DNA of 64,000 bases from Ignavibacteriota bacterium. GTDB taxonomy: Bacteria; Bacteroidota; Ignavibacteria; Tepidaquicellales; Tepidaquicellaceae. The notes beneath the pieces were generated by a model that worked only from the letters and a program-made list of their open reading frames with translations, was not told where the DNA came from and did not search any database. The translations under genes were made by a program, and so were the position numbers. Shown piece by piece: positions 48,922 through 58,308 of the stretch (its first letter is position 1; each line of letters begins with the position of its first letter). The DNA lies in NCBI GenBank assembly GCA_026390755.1, contig JAPLFI010000202.1, positions 999-64,998 of the forward strand. The letters are read 5' to 3'.

Positions 48922-49929
48922 TTATTTAACTTTGCCTATAATAAAGGCTTTCTCCTTAATCTTTGAGAGATAATTCAGGTATCCCTTTACGTCTTTATTT
49001 GAAACAATTGCAATAAGTCCGATTCCGAGATTGAATGTCCTTCTCATGTCCTCTTCTGACACATTTCCCATATTTTGTATCAGCTTGAATATATCTGGTC
49101 TTTTCCATGCATCCCAGTTAATCTGAAGGGTTAATCCATCGGGAATAACTCTGACTGTATTACCGGCAATTCCGCCGCCTGTGATGTGTGCAAAAGATTT
49201 TATATTATACCGTTTCAAAGAATACTGAATAATTTTCAGATAAGACCTGTGAGTTTTCAGCAATTCTTTACCAAGAGTATTCTTTAATTCATTATAGTAA
49301 GTGTTGTAATCCTTCAGACTGAAAATATTTCTGACGAGCGAATATCCGTTTGTATGCAGACCGTTTGATTTGAATCCGATAAGCACGTCAGTTTTCCTGA
49401 CATTCCGGAAATCAACAAGTTTGGATTTATCCGCTATGCCGACAATTGCCCCTGCTAAATCGAAATCACCTGCGGCATACACGCCCGGCATTTCCGCCGT
49501 CTCGCCTCCGATAAGTGAAAGACCGTTAAGTCTGCATCCTTTTACGAGACCCTTTACAATGTCAACCGAGTTTTTCAAATTCAGTTTACCTGTTGCGAAA
49601 TAATCAAGAAAGAACAGGGGAGTTGCTCCGCAAACGGCGATGTCATTAACGCAGTGATTAATCAGGTCTTCGCCTACAGTATCAAACTTTTTCATTACTG
49701 CGGCAATTTTTACTTTCGTACCTACTCCGTCAACACTGGAAATGAAAACAGGATTAGTAAAACCCTTCTTAGGAATCTCGTAGAGAGCGCCGAAATTTCC
49801 CAAACCGGAAAGAACATTTTTAGTAAACGTCTTTTTTACGTAAGGCTTTATCTTATTTACAAATGAATTAGCTTTAAGAATATCGACGCCGGAAGATTTA
49901 TACGATTTAATCACCGTATAAAATAGCAA
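48922..49929 (-). CDS. purM: Phosphoribosylformylglycinamidine cyclo-ligase (AIR synthetase)
   Basis: SYKSSGVDI, DGVGTK, GGETAEMPG. The ORF begins with TTG at 49929. A GTG at 49914 (..IKSYKSSGVDI) is an alternative start. Confidence 0.93.
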   Translation of the reverse strand: MLFYTVIKSYKSSGVDILKANSFVNKIKPYVKKTFTKNVLSGLGNFGALYEIPKKGFTNPVFISSVDGVGTKVKIAAVMKKFDTVGEDLINHCVNDIAVCGATPLFFLDYFATGKLNLKNSVDIVKGLVKGCRLNGLSLIGGETAEMPGVYAAGDFDLAGAIVGIADKSKLVDFRNVRKTDVLIGFKSNGLHTNGYSLVRNIFSLKDYNTYYNELKNTLGKELLKTHRSYLKIIQYSLKRYNIKSFAHITGGGIAGNTVRVIPDGLTLQINWDAWKRPDIFKLIQNMGNVSEEDMRRTFNLGIGLIAIVSNKDVKGYLNYLSKIKEKAFIIGKVK

Positions 49930-49944
49930 ATAAACCGCTAATTT

Positions 49945-50697
49945 TCAATTCATTACGGCGGTATCCGTATCGGAATATTTATTTTTTTTGTCAACGACGA
50001 TAACAAATTCACCTTTCAGCTTTTTATCTTCTGATTTCGCCGATATTTGATGCAGTATATTTTTAATGTTCCCTCTGAAAATCGTTTCATCGTCCATTGT
50101 GAGATTAAAAGCTGTAATTGCATTTCTATCGGGAAATATTTCGGCAAGGTCAGTCAGGAGTGCAGTTAATCTGTAAGGAGTATCAAGAAGCACGAATGGT
50201 TCTTTAAGGAATGCGAGTCCGCGGAGTTCCTGCCGCCTTATATCTTTTTTTGGCGAGAGAAATCCGGAATAATAAAAACGGCTGATATCGAAGCCGCAGA
50301 CAGCGAGAGCCGCAAAAACTGAATTTGCTCCGTGAACAAATTCAATTTCCTGTTTATATGCGATACATTCATTTATCAGTTTATTCCCGGGATCGGCAAA
50401 CGAGGGTGTTCCGCAATCCGAAATAAGTCCGACGGATTTTCCTTCGAGTATGTGATGAACATATTCGGAAGCAAATCCTTTTTCATTATGCTCGTTTAAC
50501 TGTAACAATTCTTTTTCTATTCCGAAGAAATAAAGAAGGCGCCTTGCTTCTTTAAACTCTTCACATATCAGAATATCACAATCCTCAAGAGCTTTCACTG
50601 CGCGTATCGTCATATCAGCGTAGTTGCCTATTGGTGTTGTAATAACATAGAGCTTACCGGTGCCGGGTTTATCAGGATTTTGTTCCCGTGCTTCCAT
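49945..50697 (-). CDS. rsmI: 16S rRNA (cytidine1402-2'-O)-methyltransferase
   Basis: LYVITTPIGN, ISDCGTPSFADPG, and the tetrapyrrole-methylase fold pattern. Confidence 0.85.
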   Translation of the reverse strand: MEAREQNPDKPGTGKLYVITTPIGNYADMTIRAVKALEDCDILICEEFKEARRLLYFFGIEKELLQLNEHNEKGFASEYVHHILEGKSVGLISDCGTPSFADPGNKLINECIAYKQEIEFVHGANSVFAALAVCGFDISRFYYSGFLSPKKDIRRQELRGLAFLKEPFVLLDTPYRLTALLTDLAEIFPDRNAITAFNLTMDDETIFRGNIKNILHQISAKSEDKKLKGEFVIVVDKKNKYSDTDTAVMN

Positions 50698-51124
50698 ATC
50701 CTCCGGTACCTCTTTCCGTTTCGGCTAAATTATCAGAAACATACAAATCGGCTCTTTCATGTTTAGCGATAATCAGTTGCGCAATTCTGTCGCCGCAGGA
50801 TATTCTGAAAGTATGTTTTCCGTGATTAATCAAAAGCACTTTTACTTCTCCGCGGTAATCGGAATCAATAGTGCCGGGAGAGTTCAGAACAGTGATGCCA
50901 TGCTTCAGAGCAAGCCCGCTTCTCGGTCTCACCTGTCCTTCAAGCTCCGCGGGAATTTCAAGAATAAGATTTGTATTAACTAATTTTATTTCACCGGGAT
51001 TTATATCAACCGTTTCACGCGATGAAGAGCATAAATCCATACCTGCCGAGCCGTTCGTTGCATACTTAGGAATAAAAACTTCTTCTTCCGGATTATATTT
51101 TGTGAATTTTATTCTGATATTCAT
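50672..51124 (-). CDS. dut: dUTP diphosphatase
   Basis: GSAGMDL, RSGLALK, GTIDSDYRGE. Overlaps rsmI by 26 nt. Confidence 0.95.
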   Translation of the reverse strand: MNIRIKFTKYNPEEEVFIPKYATNGSAGMDLCSSSRETVDINPGEIKLVNTNLILEIPAELEGQVRPRSGLALKHGITVLNSPGTIDSDYRGEVKVLLINHGKHTFRISCGDRIAQLIIAKHERADLYVSDNLAETERGTGGYGSTGTKS

Positions 51125-51189
51125 AAGGAAAAAGGGACATAATAAATAAAATAATTAATATGTCCCGAATACTTGAACTCTGTTCTCGT

Positions 51190-51231
51190 TTAGCTGTTAG
51201 TTGTTAGCTGTTAGTTGTTAGCTGTTGGCTA
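51190..51231. repeat. Tandem repeat: 14-bp unit x3 (heptamer TTAG[C/T]TG x6)
   Basis: TTAGCTGTTAGTTG at 51190-51203 and again at 51204-51217, then the variant TTAGCTGTTGGCTA at 51218-51231. The third unit contains the stop codon and last codons of the gene at 51218-51598. Confidence 0.9.
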
Positions 51232-51598
51232 TTGAACCTAATAATCCTAAAGCAAACAATAATCCGATAACTATCACTGCGAGAATAGATAAAACAACCT
51301 GAATAATACCAAGCCACATACCAATTTGCGCCATAACTTTACCCGCCTGGTCAGACTGACCGGCATTAATAGCGTTAATTTCCTTCTTTCCGACAATCCA
51401 TGCAGGTACAGCGGCAAAAAATCCGCATAAAACCCATGCAAGAATCCCTAATATAAGAGCCCATATAGCCGCTGAACTCGCTTTACCGGATGAGCCGGTT
51501 CCGCCTGTATATACAGGAGGAGGCGGTGGAGGCGGAGGTGGCGGCGGCGGATTGAATGAACCCGGTCCGCTGTCCTGAAAATGTAAACTGTTGTCCAT
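51218..51598 (-). CDS. DUF4190-like small membrane protein with a 12-residue polyproline tract
   Basis: FNPPPPPPPPPPPPVY (codons at 51515-51550). Two TM helices (AIWALILGILAWVLCGFFAAVPAWIVG..). Confidence 0.6.
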   Translation of the reverse strand: MDNSLHFQDSGPGSFNPPPPPPPPPPPPVYTGGTGSSGKASSAAIWALILGILAWVLCGFFAAVPAWIVGKKEINAINAGQSDQAGKVMAQIGMWLGIIQVVLSILAVIVIGLLFALGLLGSIANS

Positions 51599-51665
51599 AG
51601 TAAAATAATTTAAATTTAGAAAAGCACTTTCACAATATAAGTCAATAATATCTATTTGTAAATAA

Positions 51666-52436
51666 CTAAATTAGTTTATAAAATAAACTGATTGTGTTAT
51701 TGTGTATTAAATCAGCTAAATTGACCGGGTCAATTTTCTTCAACTCTGCAATTTTCTCCAGTGATTTCACTATCCATGCAGGTTGATTCTTTTTCCCGCG
51801 GAATGGCTCGGGAGGCAGAAAAGGGGAGTCGGTTTCAGCTAACAATCTCTCAGGGGGAACTGCTTCAATCACTTCCCGTCCTTCATATTTCTTATACGTA
51901 ATATTGCCGCAGAAAGATACATAAAAATCATCAAATCGGAGAATACATTCCAAATCCTTTTCATCTCCGGAAAAGCAGTGGAATTGTCCTTTCAGTTCCG
52001 GGCATTTCATTTCTCCGATAATTTCAATCGCATCTTTAATCGAATCCCTTGTATGAATTACGACCGGAAGCTTATTCTCCAGTGCAAGTTCAATCTGCTT
52101 TCTGAAAATCTGTTTTTGTATCTTTATATTGCTTTTATCCCAATAGTAATCGAGTCCGGTTTCACCGACGGCGACTACCTTATCGTGTTTCAGTAAATCC
52201 CTTAATTCCGTAAAATCATCAATTTTGATTTTATTGACATCACATGGATGGACACCAATTGCGGCAAAAATCATTTTGTGTTTCGAGGAAAGTTCAAGGA
52301 TTGTCCGGGAGGTTGCCATATCAACCGCAGGTACGATAATCCTTTCAACTCCTGCGGCAATCGCCTGCTCCAGAATAGTATCAATATTATTTAACAAGTC
52401 ATCATAATAAAGATGCGCATGAGTATCAATTATCAT
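51666..52436 (-). CDS. tatD: TatD-family metal-dependent hydrolase
   Basis: IIDTHAHL, GETGLDY, HCFSG, TDSPF. Confidence 0.9.
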   Translation of the reverse strand: MIIDTHAHLYYDDLLNNIDTILEQAIAAGVERIIVPAVDMATSRTILELSSKHKMIFAAIGVHPCDVNKIKIDDFTELRDLLKHDKVVAVGETGLDYYWDKSNIKIQKQIFRKQIELALENKLPVVIHTRDSIKDAIEIIGEMKCPELKGQFHCFSGDEKDLECILRFDDFYVSFCGNITYKKYEGREVIEAVPPERLLAETDSPFLPPEPFRGKKNQPAWIVKSLEKIAELKKIDPVNLADLIHNNTISLFYKLI

Positions 52437-52645
52437 AAATAATATATTTTATTAACTTACTCAGGCTGAGAGTCCGAAGACGTCTTTTTATTGTAAACAT
52501 TTTACTCTTAGTTTTGCATTAAAATAAATTATAAAAAGAGAATATTACAGACAAAACGGACAAAGTGTTTTAAAATAAAGATAGTATCTATACTGAGCCG
52601 TAATTCTTTATCAGCTTGCAGTAAACAAAAGTTTTGAAAATATAT

Positions 52646-53227
52646 TTAAACTGCCGGCATAGCGGCAAGTTCTTTTTTCCGTTTACGTTTCTTGTATCGG
52701 TAATAAAGTAGGCACAGCAATAAGATAACAAGTATAATTCCTAATATTGGTATTATTATTGAAATTATTGTTATAAATATTGACGATATGGATTCAAAAG
52801 TTGAAAAAATCGGATTCGCAAACCCCCCTGTAAATAACGAAGATAGAGCGCGTGTTTTGGCGGTTAACAGGTGAAAAGAAATAGATGTTCCGCCGCCGAC
52901 TATCACCATTAAAGTCCATTTTATCAGTGGATTCACATCAATTATTACGGCGCCGGAAAGTAAAATACCGGATATTATCGCTAACGGAGAGGCAATCAAA
53001 TCAAGAAGATTATCAACCCAAGGAGTATAATACCCAATAATTTCAACAACAACCGCAACCGAAAAAACTATAAGCGCCGGTATTGAGCCAATCCAGGCGA
53101 AATCGTCAGCTAATTGCATATACCCCGCCATGGATGCGATGTTTATGAGCAGAAGCGGTATAAATACTCTGAATCCGGCTGCCGCCGCCAAACATATGCC
53201 AAGAAGAATGCTGATTATTATTTCCAA
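52646..53227 (-). CDS. DUF4126-like polytopic membrane protein
   Basis: 193 aa with 5-6 TM helices and a basic C-terminal tail. Confidence 0.55.
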   Translation of the reverse strand: MEIIISILLGICLAAAAGFRVFIPLLLINIASMAGYMQLADDFAWIGSIPALIVFSVAVVVEIIGYYTPWVDNLLDLIASPLAIISGILLSGAVIIDVNPLIKWTLMVIVGGGTSISFHLLTAKTRALSSLFTGGFANPIFSTFESISSIFITIISIIIPILGIILVILLLCLLYYRYKKRKRKKELAAMPAV

Positions 53228-53467
53228 ATTATTCTGTTTATTTTTCCTAAATTACACTCACGGAGAGCTTTACAGTATCCGTGTATATCACATATCACAG
53301 CTATTTTATTTTTCTTATTTATATGTAATATTGCTGTTTTATTAATGGGAAAAGTTTCAGGTCGAAATATACAAATAAATATTATTAAATTGAATTAACA
53401 TAGGTGGAAATTTTACGCAGAATATTGGTCAGTTTTGGACGGAATTAACGCTATAAATATTTTGTCA

Positions 53468-54187
53468 CTAAAGAGACGATTGGTTGTGAATAATGTGTTT
53501 TATTAATTCAGATAGGTTCTTATATGCCGCTTCTCCTGCGGCGATTACCTCTTCATGGGATACGGGCGCGCAATCTGAAGATTGGGATGAGCTGAGTTTA
53601 TTCGTAATGCACGAAATGGCTGATACTTTAATGCCGTATTCCCTCGCTTTGAATATTTCAGGAATTGTTGACATGCCGACTGCATCCGCTCCTGACTTTC
53701 GTATAAAGGATGTTTCTGCCTTCGTTTCATAAACCGGACCGGAGGAGGCGTAATAAATTCCGTGATGAAGCGGTATTCCGTTTTTTACGGCAATTCCGAG
53801 AATTTCGTTGTTCAGATTTATGTCATATAAATCACAGTTACGTTCTTTTGCAAAGTTAATAAAGAACATATTTATATGTCCTTTGATTAACATCAGATCA
53901 GAAACTTTATAGTCATTATTTATTCCGCCTGCCGCATTTGTGATTATCAGATGTTCTATTCCGAATTTTACGGCAAGTTCAATATTAAAAAATATTTTAT
54001 CAGTATGGTTTCCTTCGTAATAGTGATTCCTGCCTGAAAAGATGATAATATTTTTTCCTTTAACTTGTCCTCCATATACACGTTTATGGTGAATACCGCT
54101 GTTATCTTCAAAAATCAATGTTTTATTATCAATTTCTTCGGCAAACCGCCCTAAACCTGAACCGAGTATTACGCCAATTTTATTCAT
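53468..54187 (-). CDS. Purine nucleoside phosphorylase (PNP/MTAP family)
   Basis: GVILGSGLG, GRNHYYEG, VGMSTIPE. I place the start at MNKIGV (54187). The TTG-initiated extension to 54247 runs into repeat copy B. Confidence 0.85.
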   Translation of the reverse strand: MNKIGVILGSGLGRFAEEIDNKTLIFEDNSGIHHKRVYGGQVKGKNIIIFSGRNHYYEGNHTDKIFFNIELAVKFGIEHLIITNAAGGINNDYKVSDLMLIKGHINMFFINFAKERNCDLYDINLNNEILGIAVKNGIPLHHGIYYASSGPVYETKAETSFIRKSGADAVGMSTIPEIFKAREYGIKVSAISCITNKLSSSQSSDCAPVSHEEVIAAGEAAYKNLSELIKHIIHNQSSL

Positions 54188-54228
54188 TTTTTTAAAATAT
54201 GAAATAAATTCAGCAAAATTAAGCCATT

Positions 54229-54440
54229 CGTAACTACTAAGTAACAATTTTTAAACACGAATTAAAGAAAGAACTTTTTTAGAATAAGAGCTAAAGAAGT
54301 TACACTGAGGACACGGACCTGCCTGCCTGGCGCAGACACCTGTCTGCACAAGGCAGAGGCAGGCAGGGAAGAACTTCCCCAAGAATAAGAGCTAAAGAGC
54401 TAACAAAACAACGGAGACACAGAAAGCATAGAGAAATATA
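54229..54440. repeat. Mosaic intergenic repeat, copy B
   Basis: Terminus GTAACTACTAAG. A single ACACGAATTAAAG unit. The 17-bp direct repeat AGAATAAGAGCTAAAGA (54280-54296 and 54381-54397) brackets a GC-rich hairpin (54317-54366). It shares exact blocks with the reverse complement of copy A. Confidence 0.6.
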
Positions 54441-54542
54441 AGTTTTATGTTCAACACTGTAATAAGCATGTTATATGGATTTAAATTAGGTGAAACTTTT
54501 GATATATTGCGGCAGTTGAATATTGTAACAGACATATTTTAA

Positions 54543-55028
54543 ATGAGCGCGAAAAATCTTATAGAGATATCTAAAGAATTCTTCGAAAAAGCGTATAAGT
54601 TTCAAATGGACGGAAATTTTGAAGAGGCAATTGAGTATTATAAAAGATCTCTCGATTATTATCCGACTGCCGAAGCTTATACATTTCTCGGCTGGGCGCT
54701 TAGCGCGCTGGGTGACTATGAAAAGGCAATTGACGAGTGTAAAAATGCGATTCAAATGGATCCTGATTTCGGAAACCCATATAACGATATAGGCGCTTAT
54801 CTGATAAATCTGGAGCGTTTCGAAGAAGCTATTGCATGGCTCGACCTTGCCATTTCTGCCAAAAGATATTCTAACCGGGAATTCGCTCATTTTAATCTCG
54901 GTGTCGTTTATGAGAAAATGGGTCTGTGGTTCGAAGCCCTCGATGAATATAAAAAAGCATTTTCACTGGCTCCCGATTATAAACTTGCAAAACATCATTT
55001 AAACAGATTACAAGGATTACTTAATTAA
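54543..55028 (+). CDS. TPR-repeat protein
   Basis: 161 aa, with about 4 TPR-like 34-aa repeats (..AIEYYKRSLDYYP.., ..ALDEYKKAFSLAPDY..). Confidence 0.6.
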   Translation: MSAKNLIEISKEFFEKAYKFQMDGNFEEAIEYYKRSLDYYPTAEAYTFLGWALSALGDYEKAIDECKNAIQMDPDFGNPYNDIGAYLINLERFEEAIAWLDLAISAKRYSNREFAHFNLGVVYEKMGLWFEALDEYKKAFSLAPDYKLAKHHLNRLQGLLN

Positions 55029-55074
55029 AATTTTGTTAAATTAAAATTATCTTTAAATTAAATTACTTATTCAG

Positions 55075-55821
55075 ATGAAAAAACTATTTACACTTTCTTT
55101 ACTTATTTTTGTTATTTTAGTCTCGAAAGTCAATTCGCAGACTTTTACATTCTACAGAGTCAGTCCAGCAATTGTTTACGGAGATACGTCTTCGACATCA
55201 GTGACTCCAACAAAAGGCGTATTCAAAAATACAGGCACAACAAGTCTGAGTTTTAAAATTGTACGGGTTCTTAATAATCTCCCGGGACCTACATGGTCAT
55301 CGCAGATGTGCGTTGGGGTTAACTGTTACGCACCTACGGTGGACAGCGTTCCTCCGAGAGGGATGTCTCCTATGATTCTGACGGCGGGTCAGCAGGACAC
55401 TTTGCTTATTGACCTGGTAGGACAGTCAATCGGTACGGCTGTAATAGCCATACAGTGCTATGTAAACAATAACCCCGCGGTTTCTATCGTTGATACTTTC
55501 CGCGTGGCTCTCGGTCCTGTAGGCATAACAAAGATATCTTCCGAAGTTGACGGATATTCGCTCAAGCAGAATTATCCGAATCCGTTTAACCCGTCAACCG
55601 TAATTTCATTTTCAATTCCTAAGAAAGATAATGTATCTCTGGTGCTTTATGATATACTCGGTAATCAGGTTGCAAATTTGATAAATAACGAATCAATTGC
55701 GCCCGGTAAATATAATTATGAGTTTAATGCTTCGGAATTTAATCTCTCAACCGGAACTTATTATTACAAAATTACGACTTCTGCATACAGTGCCGTGAAA
55801 AAGATGATTTTAATAAAGTAA
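55075..55821 (+). CDS. Secreted protein with T9SS C-terminal sorting domain
   Basis: Signal peptide. LKQNYPNPFNPSTVISFSIP...YYYKI. Confidence 0.65.
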   Translation: MKKLFTLSLLIFVILVSKVNSQTFTFYRVSPAIVYGDTSSTSVTPTKGVFKNTGTTSLSFKIVRVLNNLPGPTWSSQMCVGVNCYAPTVDSVPPRGMSPMILTAGQQDTLLIDLVGQSIGTAVIAIQCYVNNNPAVSIVDTFRVALGPVGITKISSEVDGYSLKQNYPNPFNPSTVISFSIPKKDNVSLVLYDILGNQVANLINNESIAPGKYNYEFNASEFNLSTGTYYYKITTSAYSAVKKMILIK

Positions 55822-55826
55822 TCTTG

Positions 55827-56318
55827 ATGGATTATATAAAGAATAGTGATTTAACTCTATTCGAAAAAACTTATATTCCGCAGATTGTAAAAGGTCTCGC
55901 GCTGACGCTTAAGCAGGTTTTCAGGCCTAAATTTACACGACAGTATCCTGAAGAAAAATGGGTTCCGCCGCCGAGTTTCAGGGGGAGACCAGTTCTTGTT
56001 CTGGAGGATAACGGTGTTGAGCGATGCGTTGCCTGCGGTCTGTGTTCAAGGGTCTGTCCTGCTCTTGCAATTGAAGTTCAGGCAAACGAGACTGAACTGC
56101 TGAAAGAAAGGTTTCCCGAGAAGTTTGAGATTAATATGGTGCGGTGTATTTTTTGCGGTTTCTGTGAAGAAGTGTGCCCGGAAGAGGCGATTGTTATGAG
56201 CGATGAATTTGAACTCGTTTTCAAATCACAGGAAGAAGCCGTTTTTGGAAAGGATAAACTTCTTGTACATAGAAATAAGCTTGAGAAGCGTTTACAGTTT
56301 TTGAAAGATAACAGATAA
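55827..56318 (+). CDS. nuoI: NADH-quinone oxidoreductase subunit I-like 2x[4Fe-4S] protein
   Basis: The N-terminus YIPQIVKGLALTLKQVFRPKFTRQYPEE is typical of NuoI. CVACGLCSRVCP and CIFCGFCEEVCP cluster motifs. No other nuo gene is in the window. Confidence 0.8.
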   Translation: MDYIKNSDLTLFEKTYIPQIVKGLALTLKQVFRPKFTRQYPEEKWVPPPSFRGRPVLVLEDNGVERCVACGLCSRVCPALAIEVQANETELLKERFPEKFEINMVRCIFCGFCEEVCPEEAIVMSDEFELVFKSQEEAVFGKDKLLVHRNKLEKRLQFLKDNR

Positions 56319-56320
56319 TA

Positions 56321-56983
56321 ATGCGTGTTTGTATAAAGGTTTTACTGATTTTACTTATTACCGGCTCATGCGTCTTTTCGCAGGAAGAAAGCATTAATCT
56401 GATTAGCGATGTTTCTGCGCGTATTGTAAAGAAAAGCGTAGAGTTAAAATGGAGAGTGGAAAAGGATTCCCCTGCGGCTGTATTCAGAATTGAATATAAA
56501 AAGGGCAGTGAGGAAATATATTTACCGGTTGATAAAATCAGTTTATCTGAATTTGAGTTTAAAAGGGAAAAGGATTCGGTTGAATATCTTTTCTTTTCTC
56601 TGAAGCATGTACCTGTTTCAAACGGAGTATTTCTATACAGGATTGCGATGCTGGACAATTTCGGCAATGAATTATCATTTCAGGAAATAAAGGTTGGTTA
56701 CTCCGAAAAGAGCGATTTACTTCTGCATCAGAATAACCCCAATCCTTTCAATCCGGTTACGAATATTTCATTTGAACTGAATTCTACAACGCGCGTGAAA
56801 CTTAAAGTCTTTTCAATAGACGGAAAAGAAGTCGCAGTTTTACTTGACGAAGTGAAAAATCCGGGAAGTTATAAAATTGAGTTTAATATTTCAAAATACG
56901 GTAATTATTCAAGCGGAATATATTTTTACAAAATTGATACCGATTATTCATCCGATATAAAGAAAATGATTTATACAAAATAG
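56321..56983 (+). CDS. Secreted protein with T9SS C-terminal sorting domain
   Basis: Signal peptide. LHQNNPNPFNPVTNISFEL...YFYKI. Confidence 0.65.
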   Translation: MRVCIKVLLILLITGSCVFSQEESINLISDVSARIVKKSVELKWRVEKDSPAAVFRIEYKKGSEEIYLPVDKISLSEFEFKREKDSVEYLFFSLKHVPVSNGVFLYRIAMLDNFGNELSFQEIKVGYSEKSDLLLHQNNPNPFNPVTNISFELNSTTRVKLKVFSIDGKEVAVLLDEVKNPGSYKIEFNISKYGNYSSGIYFYKIDTDYSSDIKKMIYTK

Positions 56984-56990
56984 ATTTCGT

Positions 56991-58301
56991 ATGGAGATAA
57001 AATCTGTTCTTTTCGATATTTTTATAATAGGTTTGCTCATCCTTTTCAACGCATTATTCGTGGCAATTGAGTTCGCGATAATCCGCGTCAGAGCATCGGA
57101 AATTGAAGCGGACGGAGAGAAAAGGGATAACAAAAGGCTGAAATATCTTCGTGTTGTCAAGGATAATATTGATGTTTATGTTTCTGCGGCTCAGCTTGGA
57201 ATTACACTTGTAAATATTCTTTTAGGATGGATCGGAGAGGATTCATTTTCAAGATTGTTTTTACCGGTTTTCAGATTTATGGGACTTGAATCTGCTTTGG
57301 GAGGTACTGCCGCAACGATAATAGGAATTCTTCTGATAACTTTCATAACTGTTTCTGTAGGGGAACAGGCTCCGAAAATGATTGCAATTCAGTATCCGAG
57401 GACAATTGCTCTATGGCTTACAATCCCGCTTCATATTTTTTATAAAATATTCAAGCCGTTCATACTTTTTTTAAACTGGATAGCAAACAGCATCATCAAA
57501 ATGCTGGGTATGAAACCGGTTACAAAGGACGAAATATTACATTCTGAAGAAGAAATCAGATACCTCATAGCCGAAGGCAGGAAGACCGGTGTTATAGATT
57601 CGACGGAGCATCAGCTTATTGAAAAGATATTCGACTTTAATGATAAAATGGCACGAGATATTATGGTCCCAAGAAACAGCATGATCGCACTTGATATCAG
57701 CGACCATCGTGACAGAATTATTCAAACAGTTATAGACGAAGGTTATTCACGAATTCCGGTTTACAACGAAAACTTCGATAATATTATCGGAATCATTTAT
57801 TCAAAGGATTTAATCAGCGCAACCGAGCACAGGGAACTGATTGTTTTAATGGATATTTTGCGTCCCGCTTATTTTGTGCCGGAAACTATACATATCGGTG
57901 AGCTCCTGAAAGATTTTCAGCGTAAACATATTCACCTGGGTATTGTAGTTAATGAGCACGGCGGAGTTGAAGGGTTAATAACTCTTGAGGATATTATTGA
58001 AGAAATTGTCGGTGAAATTGAGGATGAATATGACATCGAAACAAGAAATGTACAGAAAGATAAACTCGGGATATTTTTGGTTGACCCGGTGATTTCTATC
58101 GAAGAATTTAACGGTAAATTCAATTCTGATATACCTGTTGATAACGACGATTATCATACTTTAAGCGGTTTTCTGCAGATGGTGACAGGTCATGTGCCGG
58201 ATATTTACGAGAGAATTGATTATAAGGATATTGTTTTTACGGTAACGAAAAAATCCGGAAATAAATTACTGCAGGTTAAAATGCAGAGAATGCAATTGTA
58301 A
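56991..58301 (+). CDS. CNNM/HlyC/CorC-family transporter (DUF21-CBS pair-CorC_HlyC)
   Basis: Four N-terminal TM helices, CBS pair (..ARDIMVPR.., ..VVNEHGGVEGLITLEDIIEEIVGEI), and a C-terminal transporter-associated domain. Confidence 0.85.
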   Translation: MEIKSVLFDIFIIGLLILFNALFVAIEFAIIRVRASEIEADGEKRDNKRLKYLRVVKDNIDVYVSAAQLGITLVNILLGWIGEDSFSRLFLPVFRFMGLESALGGTAATIIGILLITFITVSVGEQAPKMIAIQYPRTIALWLTIPLHIFYKIFKPFILFLNWIANSIIKMLGMKPVTKDEILHSEEEIRYLIAEGRKTGVIDSTEHQLIEKIFDFNDKMARDIMVPRNSMIALDISDHRDRIIQTVIDEGYSRIPVYNENFDNIIGIIYSKDLISATEHRELIVLMDILRPAYFVPETIHIGELLKDFQRKHIHLGIVVNEHGGVEGLITLEDIIEEIVGEIEDEYDIETRNVQKDKLGIFLVDPVISIEEFNGKFNSDIPVDNDDYHTLSGFLQMVTGHVPDIYERIDYKDIVFTVTKKSGNKLLQVKMQRMQL

Positions 58302-58308
58302 GAAAATT

